Source of the DNA: an uncultured Gemmatimonadales bacterium
GTDB lineage: Bacteria; Gemmatimonadota; Gemmatimonadetes; Gemmatimonadales; GWC2-71-9
Assembly (NCBI GenBank): GCA_963821525.1
Contig: CAWGED010000005.1
Coordinates: 960,001 to 1,024,000, forward strand
Direction: 5' to 3'
DNA: 64,000 nucleotides
Both the position numbers and the translations under genes were made by a program. Every line of letters starts with the position of its first letter. Within the stretch, counting starts at the first letter, position 1. The notes under the pieces were generated by a model that saw only the letters and a list, made by a program, of their open reading frames with translations, was not told the DNA's origin and did not search any database. Shown one piece after another: positions 33,900 through 44,357 of the stretch.

Positions 33900-34865
33900 A
33901 TGGGGTCAACGGTGACCGCCTCCCTCGGGAAAGACCTGGTCGGGCTCGAGCACCTCTCGGCCGATCAGATCCGGCTCATCCTCGACACGGCCGAACCGTT
34001 CAAGGAAGTGAGCGAGCGGCCGATCAAGAAGGTGCCGGCTCTCCGCGGGAAGACCATCGTCAACCTCTTCTTCGAAGCCTCGACCCGAACCCGGATCTCC
34101 TTCGAGTTCGCCGAGAAGCGCCTCTCGGCCGACACGGTCAACGTGGCGGCCTCGGGAAGCTCGGTCTCCAAGGGCGAGACCCTGGTGGACACGGCCCGGA
34201 ACCTCGAAGCGATGCGGATCGACATGGTGGTGATCCGCCACCACGCTTCGGGCTCCGCCGAGTTCCTGGGGAAGCGGATCCGGTCGAACGTGATCAATGC
34301 GGGGGACGGGAAGCACGAGCATCCGACCCAGGCGCTGCTCGATCTTCTTACGCTGCGCGACAAGTTCGGCAAGATCGAGGGGCTCAAGGTCGCGATCTGT
34401 GGCGACATCCTCCACAGCCGTGTCGCCCGAAGCAACATCTGGGGTCTCACCAAGCTGGGTGCGCAGGTCGGCGTGTGCGGGCCCGCCAGCCTCATGCCGC
34501 GGGGCATCGACGAGCTCGAGGTCACCCGTCTCCCCCGAATCGAAGACGCGATTCAATGGGCCGACGCCCTCAACATTCTCCGGCTCCAGCTGGAGAGAAT
34601 GACGGCGGGATTCATTCCTTCGCTCCGCGAATACAACCGGGTCTTCGGGGTGACCACTGAGCGGCTCTCCAAGGCCTCAAAGAATCTGGTGATCATGCAT
34701 CCGGGCCCGATGAATCGCGGGGTCGAGATCGACAGCGATGTGGCCGACGGTCCTCACAGCGTCATTCTCCCCCAGGTCACCAACGGCGTCGCGGTACGCA
34801 TGGCCGTGCTCTACCTGCTGGCCGGGGGATCTCCCGACTGGCAGCACAGTGGAGGAGCCGAGTGA
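33900..34865 (+). CDS. pyrB: Aspartate carbamoyltransferase catalytic subunit
   Basis: [32 protein letters not shown]. Confidence 0.97.
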   Translation: MGSTVTASLGKDLVGLEHLSADQIRLILDTAEPFKEVSERPIKKVPALRGKTIVNLFFEASTRTRISFEFAEKRLSADTVNVAASGSSVSKGETLVDTARNLEAMRIDMVVIRHHASGSAEFLGKRIRSNVINAGDGKHEHPTQALLDLLTLRDKFGKIEGLKVAICGDILHSRVARSNIWGLTKLGAQVGVCGPASLMPRGIDELEVTRLPRIEDAIQWADALNILRLQLERMTAGFIPSLREYNRVFGVTTERLSKASKNLVIMHPGPMNRGVEIDSDVADGPHSVILPQVTNGVAVRMAVLYLLAGGSPDWQHSGGAE

Positions 34866-36154
34866 TTCGTCCCATCCTGATCCAGGGCGGCAGAGTCATC
34901 GATCCCTCCCGGGGGACCGACGGGGTGGCCGACGTGTATCTGACCGACGGCAAGGTCGCGGCGGTGGGAAGCAACATCGTCGGCGAGGAAGGAACGCTGG
35001 TCATTCCCGCCGCCGGGAAAGTGGTGGCCCCTGGCCTGATCGACCTGCACGTGCACCTGCGCGAGCCGGGGCAGGAGGACCAGGAAACCGTGGCGACCGG
35101 GGCCATGGCGGCCGCGGCGGGAGGGTTCACGGCGGTGTGCGCGATGCCCAACACCGATCCGGTAGTGGACAATCAGGGCACCGTCGGGTTCATCGTGAGC
35201 CAGGCGCAGCGTGCCGCGAAAGCGAGAGTGTATCCGATCGGCGCTATCTCCCTGGGACAACGGGGAGAGAAACTGGCGGAGTTCGGAGAGCTGGTCGGAG
35301 CCGGCGCTGTCGCGGTGAGCGACGATGGGAAGCCGGTGATGTCGAGTCACCTGATGCGCACCGCCCTCGAGTATGCGCGGACCTTCAGTATCCCGGTCGC
35401 CGATCACTGCGAAGATCTGGCGCTGGCGGAAGGTGGCGCCATGCACGAGGGCATCGTGGCGACTCGCCTCGGACTCAAGGGCATTCCCGCGGCCGCGGAA
35501 GAAATCATGGTCGCGCGCGACATCATCCTGGCCGAGCTCACCGGGGGCCATGTCCACCTGTGCCACATGTCGACTCGTGGCTCGGTCGAACTGATCCGGC
35601 GGGGGAAGGAGCGTGGGATCCGGGTGACGGCGGAGGCGACACCGCACCACTTCACGCTGACGCACGACGCGTGCGAGGGGTACAACACGAACGCGAAGAT
35701 GAATCCGCCGCTTCGGGAGAACGCCGATCGCGAGGCGATCCGGCAGGGGCTGCGTGACGGCACGCTCGATGTGATCGCGAGCGATCACGCTCCGCACCAC
35801 TACGATGCCAAGGAGCGCGAGTTCGACGACGCGCCGAATGGAATCCTCGGTCTGGAGACGGCCTTGGGTCTGGCGATTTCGGAACTGGTGGAGACCGGCT
35901 TGATGAGTCTGTCCGACCTTCTGCTGCGAATGAGCACCCAGCCGGCGCGGATCTTCAATCTCCCGGGTGGCAGTCTCGGGATTGGAGCACCGGCGGATGT
36001 GGTGGTGTTCGATCCCAAGGCCCGCTGGACGGTGGACCCTTCGCGATTCCACTCCCGGAGCCGCAACACTCCCTTCGGCGGGAGGTCCCTGACCGGCCGG
36101 GCCGAAGTGACGATCGTCCGGGGCAGGGTGGTCTACCAGGCCTGGGAGGACTGA
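34862..36154 (+). CDS. pyrC: Dihydroorotase
   Basis: [29 protein letters not shown]. Confidence 0.96.
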   Translation: MIRPILIQGGRVIDPSRGTDGVADVYLTDGKVAAVGSNIVGEEGTLVIPAAGKVVAPGLIDLHVHLREPGQEDQETVATGAMAAAAGGFTAVCAMPNTDPVVDNQGTVGFIVSQAQRAAKARVYPIGAISLGQRGEKLAEFGELVGAGAVAVSDDGKPVMSSHLMRTALEYARTFSIPVADHCEDLALAEGGAMHEGIVATRLGLKGIPAAAEEIMVARDIILAELTGGHVHLCHMSTRGSVELIRRGKERGIRVTAEATPHHFTLTHDACEGYNTNAKMNPPLRENADREAIRQGLRDGTLDVIASDHAPHHYDAKEREFDDAPNGILGLETALGLAISELVETGLMSLSDLLLRMSTQPARIFNLPGGSLGIGAPADVVVFDPKARWTVDPSRFHSRSRNTPFGGRSLTGRAEVTIVRGRVVYQAWED

Positions 36155-36247
36155 ATCCGCCTCCGGATGGCTTTCCGCAAACCCGCGAGGCTTATAGATT
36201 TGCAGAAGGTTTTCTCCCTCCGGACCGGCTGAGAGGAAGCACTGGAC

Positions 36248-37278
36248 ATGGCCAAGCCGACCCACCGCAACGATGCGATCGACAAGCTACTCCAGGACCG
36301 GGCCCAGTTCATTTCCTGGATAACCCGGCTCACAGGTCCCTCCAACTCGAGCCCGCCAGTGCCTGAGGCGGTACGGCACCGGGTGCGAGCCGACTATGAA
36401 GGACGGCTGCAGTCGGTCGTCGAAGCGCTGCGGTCGCACCAAAACGACCTTGAGCAGCAGATGTCGGAGTTCCAGGCTCGGCGAGACACGCTTTCCACTC
36501 GGGAGAGCGAGGCAAAGGAGCGGCTCTCCGAGGCCGAGGTCCGCCACATGGTCGGCGAGTACGACGACGGCCGGTGGCAGACGATTCGCGCCGACCTGAC
36601 TCGTGAAGTCGTGAGCGTTCAGGAGGAGCTGAGTCGCACCACCGCCGAGATCGATCGCCTCGACGAGGTGCTCACCACGATCCGGGCGCCGCTTCCAAGC
36701 ATGGAGTCGGAGCCGGAACCGGAACCGGAGCCTGCGCCTCAGCCGGTCGCCGCCGCGCCCCCACCGGCACCCGCTCCGCCGCCACCGGTCCACCGGAATT
36801 CCCGGGATCATGACGGAATTCACAGCCCCGACCGACCAGCGGCCGGCTGTGGCGGCTCAAGGCAATGAGATTCCCTTCAAGGCTCCGGCCGCTCCCAAGC
36901 CGCAGCCCAAGCCGCCTGCCGCGAAGCCGAAGGAAGATTCTGCCGGCAGGACCCTTTGGTTCCCCTCCGGCAAGCCTGGTGAGGCCCCAGCCGGGAAGAT
37001 GGATGAGCTGGCCTTCCTCAAGTCGGTGACCGGCAATGAGGGCGCCACCGCACCGGCCCAACCGGGCAAGCGTCCCAGCGGAAGCCTCACCAAGCCGGTC
37101 GAGACCGCTGCTCCTTCCGCTCCGGCCGCTCCCACCGGCACCTGCAGCGGAAGCGGCGAAGGATCGCGCCAGCGGCGGAACCGCCCCCAAGACGCTCAAG
37201 TGCGGTGAGTGCGGGACCATGAACCGGCCCACCGAGTGGTATTGCGAGCGGTGTGGGGCAGAGCTGGCGGCGTTGTGA
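36248..37278 (+). CDS. Coiled-coil / Pro-rich / C-terminal Zn-ribbon hypothetical protein (frameshifted)
   Basis: Helical N-half, PEPEP linker, MDELAFLKSV, CGECG...WYCERCG. Confidence 0.65.
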
Positions 37279-37283
37279 TTCGA

Positions 37284-37406
37284 AGCCGTCAGCCATAGCC
37301 GTTAGCCGTCAGCAGTTCAAAGAACAAAAAACCCTCCGACTCGATCGTTCGGAGGGTTCTTTCTTTTGGAGCGGCTAACGGCTAATCGGCTGATGGCTGA
37401 CGGCCG
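37284..37406. terminator. Bidirectional terminator hairpin flanked by inverted 7-mer repeats
   Basis: AACCCTCCGA...TCGGAGGGTT with A-rich and T-rich flanks, between AGCCGTC/AGCCGTT and GCTAACG/GCTGATG/GCTGACG arrays; convergent genes. Confidence 0.8.
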
Positions 37407-37409
37407 ACC

Positions 37410-37664
37410 CTACTTCTTCCCCGCCACGGCCTTCGCCAGCCGGCTCTTCTGCCGGGCTGCGGCGTTCTTGTGAATGAGGTTCTTCCGGCCTGCGCGGTCC
37501 AGCAACTGCGCCGCGCGCTTGTAGGCAGCCGAAGCTTCGGCTGCGGTCGTGGCCGACCGGACTTTCTTCAGGGCGGTGCGCAGCTCACTGCGGCGCGTCC
37601 GGTTCCGGGCATGGGCCGCCTTTGACTTCCGCATGGCCTTCGCCGCGGATTTGATTCGGGGCAC
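37410..37664 (-). CDS. rpsT: 30S ribosomal protein S20
   Basis: PRIKSAAKAMRKS...NLIHKNAAARQKSRL. Confidence 0.96.
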   Translation of the reverse strand: MPRIKSAAKAMRKSKAAHARNRTRRSELRTALKKVRSATTAAEASAAYKRAAQLLDRAGRKNLIHKNAAARQKSRLAKAVAGKK

Positions 37665-37723
37665 GGCAACCTCAGATTCAGGGCAGTTTCGAGGTCGGCC
37701 AGGGTGGCCGACGAGAGGCGCGA

Positions 37724-37752
37724 ATTGTAGGCCCCGGGTGGGCCAAGGTCAA
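37724..37752 (-). promoter_or_regulatory. sigma70 promoter of rpsT
   Basis: TTGACC-N17-TACAAT on the minus strand. Confidence 0.7.
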
Positions 37753-37859
37753 GCCGCAGGCGGCTTTCGAGGGGAGGACGGCCGGGTTTAAATTTCGGTC
37801 AGATTCCCACCTCCGCTGGCCACCCTCACCCGGTTCCTGACCTGAGCGAATTCATCCTG

Positions 37860-38523
37860 GTGCTCCCCGTGCTGGTGTTCTCCATCGTGGCTCATGAATA
37901 CGCCCATGGAGCCGCCGCCTACGCCCAGGGAGACGACACGGCCTACATGCTCGGCCGGCTCACCTTCAACCCGATTCCCCACATCGACCCGTGGATGAGC
38001 ATCCTGTTTCCCGCTCTCCTGTGGTTTGGATCGGCCCATCTTCGGATCGCCGTTTACCTTCGGAGCGGCGAAACCAGTACCGGTCAATCCTCGGAAGTAC
38101 CGGAACTACAGGAAGGGCGACATCATCGTCTCGTCCGCCGGTGTCGTGATCAACCTGGGACTGAGCGTGGTGTTCACCATTCTCTTCGCATTGGTGGGGC
38201 TGCTGGGCCGAGCGGCGCCTCCGCTCCAGCCGGGTCTCATGATTCTGCAGCAGATGACGGCGTACGGAGTGCTGCTCAACCTGGTACTCTGCTTCTTCAA
38301 CCTGATTCCGATTCCCCCGCTCGACGGGTCGCACCTGTTCTATTACGTGCTGCCTCCCGAACTCGGGGCGCGCTACCGTTCGCTGCAGCGGTTCGGGTTT
38401 CTGCTTCTGTTCGCGTTGTTGTTCCTGTTGCCCGGGGTCCTCAACGTGTTTCTGATTCCGGCTCACTGGATCGGCTCCCGGCTCCTCGGCCTGGTTGCCC
38501 CCTACAGCCTGAGCTTCCTCTAA
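37860..38523 (+). CDS. Site-2 protease (M50) family protein (frameshift; start approximate)
   Basis: HEYAH, GRLTFNPIPHIDP, FNLIPIPPLDG. Confidence 0.88.
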
Positions 38524-38539
38524 GCGATACTTATCGGGA

Positions 38540-39289
38540 ATGACGGCATCCGCTGCTCCGCCCACTACCGCGCTCGGCGCCGAACCCGGGTTCGTCGTCC
38601 AGCTCGACGCCTTCGCGGGACCGCTCGATCTGCTGCTGCACCTCCTCCGCGAAGAACAGATCGACATCGCGGACATCCCGATAGCGCGCATCGCCGATCA
38701 ATTCCTGAGCGTCATCCACGACCTGGGACTCAACCAGGCTGCGGATTACCTGGAAATGGCGGGCCGTCTGCTGCGGCTCAAAGCGCAGACCCTGCTGCCT
38801 CGCCGGTCGGAAGAGGAGGGCTGGGAAGATCCGCGGCACGAGCTGGTCCGGCGACTGCTCGAGTATCAGCTGATCCGCGAAATCGCCTCCTGGCTCGACA
38901 AGTCATCCGAGCGACGGGCCGGACAATTTGCCCGGGGCTATCTCCCGCCGCCGCCCGAATTGCCGCCGCAGCCGCTCGCCATCGACCTGCTGCAGCTGCT
39001 TGAGGCGGTGGAGAAGGTGATCAGCGAGATCCTGGTTCCGGTTCTGCACCGGGTCGTGGCGCGTCCGCTCGACGTCGAAGGCGCCACCAAGCGGATTGAG
39101 GCATTGCTCGAGGAGCGCGGTGAGATTGGCTGGCTCGATGCATTGGGTCCCGAGCGCGGGATCGCCCAAGTCCTTTCCACTCTGCTGGCACTCCTCGAAC
39201 TCGCCAAGCGGGGCACCCTTCACCTCTTCCAACGCGCAGCGTTTGCGCCGATGGTGATCAGCCGTGACGCCCCTCGCCCAGCTGCTTGA
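38540..39289 (+). CDS. scpA: Segregation/condensation protein A
   Basis: FAGPLDLLLHL, DPRHELVRRLLEY, LLALLEL. Confidence 0.92.
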   Translation: MTASAAPPTTALGAEPGFVVQLDAFAGPLDLLLHLLREEQIDIADIPIARIADQFLSVIHDLGLNQAADYLEMAGRLLRLKAQTLLPRRSEEEGWEDPRHELVRRLLEYQLIREIASWLDKSSERRAGQFARGYLPPPPELPPQPLAIDLLQLLEAVEKVISEILVPVLHRVVARPLDVEGATKRIEALLEERGEIGWLDALGPERGIAQVLSTLLALLELAKRGTLHLFQRAAFAPMVISRDAPRPAA

Positions 39290-39854
39290 GGCCGCGCTGT
39301 TCTCCGCCGCCCGTCCGGTGACGGTGGAGGAGCTGCAGACCCTCGATCCCGAAGCATCACTCGCCGATGTACGCGCAGCGCTGGAGCAGTTGCGCGAGCA
39401 TTACGATTTCGACGGCCATGCGGTGGAGGTCGTCGAGTTGGCCGGCGGCTACCAGATACTCACCCGGCGGGCCTTCGCTGCGGCGATCGAGCAGGCTCAG
39501 CTCTCGGTACGAATTCCCAAGCTGACCGGCGCCGCGCTGGAGACGCTCGCGGTAATCTCCTATCGCCAGCCGGTCGGCCGCGCGGAGATCGAGGACATCC
39601 GTGGGGTGTCGGCTGGTGGCGTGCTGAGAACCCTGCAGGAACGTGGGCTCATCGAGGTGGTAGGACGGAGCGATGCGATGGGCCGGCCTCTGCTTTACGG
39701 AACGACCTCGCTCTTCCTGGAGACGCTGGGCCTCAGAGATCTGGCCGAATTGCCCCGGGCCGACGAATTCACTGTCGCTCTCCAGCCTCCCCGCCCGCCC
39801 ATGGCGGCGGAAGGAGAGGAAGACGCCGCGGCGTCGGTACCCGCGGAATCGTGA
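39264..39854 (+). CDS. scpB: Segregation/condensation protein B
   Basis: LEAALF, ALETLAVISYRQP, IRGVS, GRPLLYGTT. Confidence 0.94.
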   Translation: MTPLAQLLEAALFSAARPVTVEELQTLDPEASLADVRAALEQLREHYDFDGHAVEVVELAGGYQILTRRAFAAAIEQAQLSVRIPKLTGAALETLAVISYRQPVGRAEIEDIRGVSAGGVLRTLQERGLIEVVGRSDAMGRPLLYGTTSLFLETLGLRDLAELPRADEFTVALQPPRPPMAAEGEEDAAASVPAES

Positions 39855-40585
39855 CCGAGATGCGCCTCCAGCGGGCGCTGGCGCGGGCGGGAATCGCAAG
39901 TCGTCGCGCCGCGGAATCGCTGATCACGGATGGCCGGGTCAAGATCGACGGGAAGATCGCGACGAAGCTCGGCACCAAGGTCGATCCGGATCGCCATCGG
40001 ATTACCGTCGGCGGCAAGCTCATCCCCCGAGTCCGCCACCGCTGGCTCGCCTTCCACAAGCCGCTCGGTGTTGTCACTACCGCCCAGGATGAAGAGGGCA
40101 GGCGTACGGTCTTCGACTTCATTCGAGACCGGACCGGACTGGCCTACGTGGGTCGGCTCGATGTGATGACCACCGGCCTCCTCCTGCTCACCAGTGACGG
40201 AGACGCGATTCACCGGCTCACCCATCCCCGGTATCGCATCCCCCGCAGCTACACCGCCCTGGTGCACGGCCGGTCGCCCGCGGAAATCTCCCAGGCGCTC
40301 CGCGAAACCACGATGATCGACGGCAGGCCGGTGGTCGCGACCGCGACCAAGGTCCGGCCCGGCACCAGCGGCCGGAGCATCATCGACGTGACACTCACCG
40401 AGGGACGCAATCGTATCGTGCGGCGGTGGTGTGAGGCGATGGGACTCAAAGTGGAACGCCTGGCACGGCTCTCCTACGGCCCCGTTCGGCTGGGGGACCT
40501 CAAACCAGGCGAATCCCGGCTGCTAACTCCGAAGGAAGAGGCCGCTATCTACTCCGCAATCGGGCTCGCCCCGCGAAAGCCATGA
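39851..40585 (+). CDS. rRNA pseudouridine synthase (RluB/RsuA family)
   Basis: S4 domain RLQRALARAGIASRR, VGRLD, EGRNRIVRR. Confidence 0.92.
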   Translation: MTEMRLQRALARAGIASRRAAESLITDGRVKIDGKIATKLGTKVDPDRHRITVGGKLIPRVRHRWLAFHKPLGVVTTAQDEEGRRTVFDFIRDRTGLAYVGRLDVMTTGLLLLTSDGDAIHRLTHPRYRIPRSYTALVHGRSPAEISQALRETTMIDGRPVVATATKVRPGTSGRSIIDVTLTEGRNRIVRRWCEAMGLKVERLARLSYGPVRLGDLKPGESRLLTPKEEAAIYSAIGLAPRKP

Positions 40586-41565
40586 CGGCCAAAGCCTCTC
40601 CGTCCCCCCGCGCCGTTGATGCCAGCCCAATTCGCGGCGTCACCGCTGAAGTCGCCAAGCGCATCGTAGGACAGGATGTCATGGTCGAGCGGCTGCTGGT
40701 GGGACTCCTCACCGGCGGTCATATCCTGATCGAGGGAGTACCAGGACTGGCCAAGACGCTCGCGGTGAGGACGCTCGCGGAAATCATTCACGCGTCCTTC
40801 TCCCGCATTCAGTTTACGCCTGACCTGCTTCCGGCCGACGTCATCGGCACCATGGTCTTCGATCCCAAGACCCAGGAATTCAAGGTGAAGCGCGGTCCCC
40901 TCTTCGCCCAGATCATCCTGGCCGACGAGATCAACCGCGCGCCGGCCAAGGTCCAGGCCGCGCTGCTCGAGGCGATGCAGGAGAAGCAGGTCACGATCGG
41001 AGGAACGACTTTCCCGCTGGAGGAGCCGTTCCTGGTGCTCGCGACCCAGAATCCCATCGAGCACGAAGGAACCTATCCGCTACCGGAGGCGCAGCTCGAC
41101 CGGTTCATGCTCAAAGTGCGCGTGGGCTATCCCTCGCGAGACGAAGAGAAGGAAGTCCTGCTCAGGATGAGCTCCGGCCACGAGATCCCGGTCGAACGCC
41201 TGTTGGATCCGGCTCACATCCTCTCGCTCCGTGAATCCATCGCGGCCTTGTACGTCGATCAGAAGGTGGTGGATTACATCGTGGATCTGGTCCGGGCCAC
41301 CCGGGACCCGTCGAGTGTCGGGCTCGCCGCGCTGAAACCGCTGGTGGCGTTCGGAGCGTCGCCCCGGGCCTCGATCGCTCTGGCCCAGGCCGCCCGCGCT
41401 CACGCGTTTCTTCGCGGCCGGGCTTACGTCGTCCCCGAGGATGTCCGCGCCCTCGCCCTCGAAGTCCTTCGGCATCGCGTGGTGCTGACGTTCGAGGCCG
41501 AGGCGGAAGAGCTCGACAGTGATGCGGTGATTACTCGGATCTTGGATGCCCTTCCGGTTCCGTGA
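40582..41565 (+). CDS. MoxR-family AAA+ ATPase
   Basis: EGVPGLAKT, RIQFTPDLLP, DEINRAPAK, ATQNPIE, EAQLDRF. Confidence 0.96.
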   Translation: MTAKASPSPRAVDASPIRGVTAEVAKRIVGQDVMVERLLVGLLTGGHILIEGVPGLAKTLAVRTLAEIIHASFSRIQFTPDLLPADVIGTMVFDPKTQEFKVKRGPLFAQIILADEINRAPAKVQAALLEAMQEKQVTIGGTTFPLEEPFLVLATQNPIEHEGTYPLPEAQLDRFMLKVRVGYPSRDEEKEVLLRMSSGHEIPVERLLDPAHILSLRESIAALYVDQKVVDYIVDLVRATRDPSSVGLAALKPLVAFGASPRASIALAQAARAHAFLRGRAYVVPEDVRALALEVLRHRVVLTFEAEAEELDSDAVITRILDALPVP

Positions 41566-41566
41566 G

Positions 41567-41690
41567 AGTACCGAGTACCTAGTACCGAGTACCTAGTACT
41601 GCACACCGGCTAATCAAATGATTGAATTCTTGATCCCCTGATCTCCTCCCGCTCACTGTACTCGGTACTCGGTACTCGGTACTAAGTACT
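41567..41690. repeat. Inverted 7-mer tandem repeat element
   Basis: AGTACCG AGTACCT AGTACCG AGTACCT AGTAC ... GTACTCG GTACTCG GTACTCG GTACTAA GTACT inside an operon. Confidence 0.88.
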
Positions 41691-41698
41691 TTCTAACC

Positions 41699-42583
41699 AT
41701 GGCATCCATCTCTCCCTATGTATTGAAGCAGGTCAAGAACATCGAGCTCCGCACCCGGGGCCTGGTGGGATCCCTGTTTGCCGGGGAGTACCGCTCGGTG
41801 TTTCGGGGACAGGGGATGGAGTTTGCCGAAGTGCGGGCCTACGAACAGGGTGACGACTACCGCGCGATCGACTGGAACGTCTCGGCGCGACTGGGCACTC
41901 CTTACGTCAAGACCTTCACCGAAGAGCGCGAGCTGACGGTGTTGCTCGTGGTGGATCAATCGGGATCCACTCATTTCGGGGAACCCCGTACCAAGGCCGC
42001 CCTTGGCGTCGAGATCGGATCCGTCCTCGCCCTGGCGGCGGCGTACCACAATGACAGGGTGGGAGCCCTGCTGTTTACCGAGACGGTAGAGCGAGTGATC
42101 CCTCCGTCTAAGGGAAGACGGCATGCCTTGCGGGTGATCCGCGACCTGGTCGCGTTCGCCCCGCAGACCCGTCGCACCAATCTCGCCGGTGCCCTTCACT
42201 ACGCCGCGGAGTTACTCGGTCACAGGAGCATCGTGGCCGTGATCTCGGATTTCCTGGCCAAGGACTGGTCCCAGCCGCTCCGCCGTCTCGCGGCCCGCCA
42301 TGACGTCGTTGCGATCACGGTCGAGGACCCGCGCGAGTCGGAGTTGCCCGACGCCGGCTGGATTGATCTGGAGGACGCGGAGACTGGCGAGCGGGTCCTG
42401 GTAGACGCCGGATCCCGGGCAGCGAGAGGACGGCTCCACCTGCTGGCCGAACGCCGCCGGGAGGAGCGCGACCGGTTGCTGGCCGCGGCTGGAGTTGATC
42501 AAGTGCTCCTCAGCACCGCATCCGACTACGCCATTCCACTGCGGCGCGCCTTCGCTCAGCGGGCGCGCCGCCTGCATAGATGA
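41699..42583 (+). CDS. DUF58 domain protein
   Basis: GMEFAEVRAYEQGDD.RAIDWNVSAR, EERE, ISDF. Confidence 0.93.
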   Translation: MASISPYVLKQVKNIELRTRGLVGSLFAGEYRSVFRGQGMEFAEVRAYEQGDDYRAIDWNVSARLGTPYVKTFTEERELTVLLVVDQSGSTHFGEPRTKAALGVEIGSVLALAAAYHNDRVGALLFTETVERVIPPSKGRRHALRVIRDLVAFAPQTRRTNLAGALHYAAELLGHRSIVAVISDFLAKDWSQPLRRLAARHDVVAITVEDPRESELPDAGWIDLEDAETGERVLVDAGSRAARGRLHLLAERRREERDRLLAAAGVDQVLLSTASDYAIPLRRAFAQRARRLHR

Positions 42584-43386
42584 TCCTGCTGCTCGTAGCG
42601 CTCCAGGCAACTCCGCCGACGGTGGGCGACACCATCTGGCTCGCCCGCCGGGTTACCGTACCTCCAGGTGCCGAGGTGCGGGCGACTCCCTGGACCCCAA
42701 CAGGAGAGGTGGAACTCCTGGGCCGCCCGGTCGTGATTCGCAGCAACGGCGACGCGGTGATCAGATATCCCGCGGTCGCCTGGCTCGCGGGGACCCATGA
42801 TGTGACGGTGCCGGGACCGGTGATCGTCCTGGCCGACGGGCATACCGACTCGCTCCCTCCACAGACATTTCATCTGCAGGTTGCCAGCGTCCTGCCTCCC
42901 GACACTCCGGATTCGTCCATCGCGATCCAGCCGGAGGCCGGATCCGCTGCTGCAGCCGGTGGTGAGTCCCTGCGCCGTTGATCGTGGCACTGCTGGTGGC
43001 GCTGGTGGGAGTGTTGCTACTGGCTCGCGTGGTGGCGACGGCCTGGTCCGCCGCTAGCGGGCATCGCACCGCCGGGAGCGCCGAGCGCTCCTCCGGTGGA
43101 TCGATGGGTCGCGTCAGGGGAGGGTCGGGCCGTTGCGGCGGCCGCGGTGGAGTTTCTCCGCCGCAGCATCGCCCACGCGTTACCGGAGGCACACACCGGC
43201 CTCGACCTTGAGCGCTGTCTCGCGGTGATTGCCGAGCTGCGGCCGGCCTGGCCCCAGGAAGAAATCAACAACTTGCTCCGCGCGCTCGATATGGCCCGGT
43301 TCGCCCCGCTCGCAACGGCGGAACCGGGCGAGCTCTACACCCGCGCGATGGCGCTGGGCGCGCGTCTTCCCGCGAGGCGGTCGTGA
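42580..43386 (+). CDS. Membrane-anchored hypothetical protein of the MoxR/Bat operon (frameshifted)
   Basis: Signal peptide, TVGD, TM segment, LDMARFAP tail; overlaps neighbouring start and stop codons. Confidence 0.6.
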
Positions 43387-44357
43387 TCTTCACCCGCCCC
43401 TGGCTCCTGCTTCTCCTGCTCGCCCTGCCGGCCTGGTGGTGGTGGCGGCGAAGAACCCCGCGGCCCGGCGCGGTCTACAGCGATGTCAGGCTCGCTCGGG
43501 CGCTGCCCCGTTCCAACTGGCTGGCGCGGATTCCTCCGGGAGCGCGGGCCCTGGCGCTCGCCGCCTGGATCATTGCCGCCGCCGGTCCCCGAATCGGCGG
43601 AACGACGGTCGAGGAAAAGCGCGAAGGCATCTCGATCGTGATCGCGATCGATATCTCGAGCAGCATGCTGGCCGAAGACTTCGCTCCTTCCAACCGGATG
43701 GAAGTGGCGAAGATGCAGGCGGTGTCGTTCATCCGCGGGCGCACCGCCGACCGGATTGGCATCGTTGCGTTCGCGGGTGAGGCGCTCACCCAGGTCCCGA
43801 TCACCACGGATTACTCGGTGCTCGAGCGCGCGGTGATGGACCTCAAGATCGGCATGCTGGAGGATGGCACGGCGATCGGCAGCGGGCTCGCCACCGCGGT
43901 GAGCCGCCTCCGCAAGACGCCGGGGAAGACCAAGGTCATTCTCCTTCTCACCGATGGGGTCAACAACCGCGGCACGGTGGATCCCCGGACCGCCGCCGCG
44001 GCGGCGCAGGCACTCGGTATCCGAGTCTACACCATCGGCGTCGGAACCGAGGGTGAAGCTCCGATCCCCACCGGCCGCGGCCTGTCCGGCTTCCGCTATG
44101 AGATTCTGCCGGTCGAGATCGACGAAGTTCTACTGAACGACATCGCCACGACCACCGGCGGACGATACTTCCGCGCCAAGGACAGCGAGGCGCTGAAGCG
44201 CATCCTGACGACGATCGATGGCCTGGAGAAGTCTCCGGTGCGGATGATCCGTTACGTCCACTACGACGAGCTGACTCGCCCGCTGGTGCTCCTGGGAATG
44301 GCCGCGCTCGCGGTCGAGTTGCTCTTGAGTGCGACGCTGGTGGTTCGAATACCATGA
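43383..44357 (+). CDS. vWA domain protein, BatA-like
   Basis: FTRPWLLLLL N-terminus, MIDAS DISSSM, DGTAIG, LLTDG. Confidence 0.9.
   Translation: MIFTRPWLLLLLLALPAWWWWRRRTPRPGAVYSDVRLARALPRSNWLARIPPGARALALAAWIIAAAGPRIGGTTVEEKREGISIVIAIDISSSMLAEDFAPSNRMEVAKMQAVSFIRGRTADRIGIVAFAGEALTQVPITTDYSVLERAVMDLKIGMLEDGTAIGSGLATAVSRLRKTPGKTKVILLLTDGVNNRGTVDPRTAAAAAQALGIRVYTIGVGTEGEAPIPTGRGLSGFRYEILPVEIDEVLLNDIATTTGGRYFRAKDSEALKRILTTIDGLEKSPVRMIRYVHYDELTRPLVLLGMAALAVELLLSATLVVRIP

Noticed and set aside
34811..36265. Long antisense ORFs (e.g. 484 aa opposite pyrC and similar ones elsewhere)
   Set aside because: Expected shadow ORFs in high-GC coding DNA; no motifs
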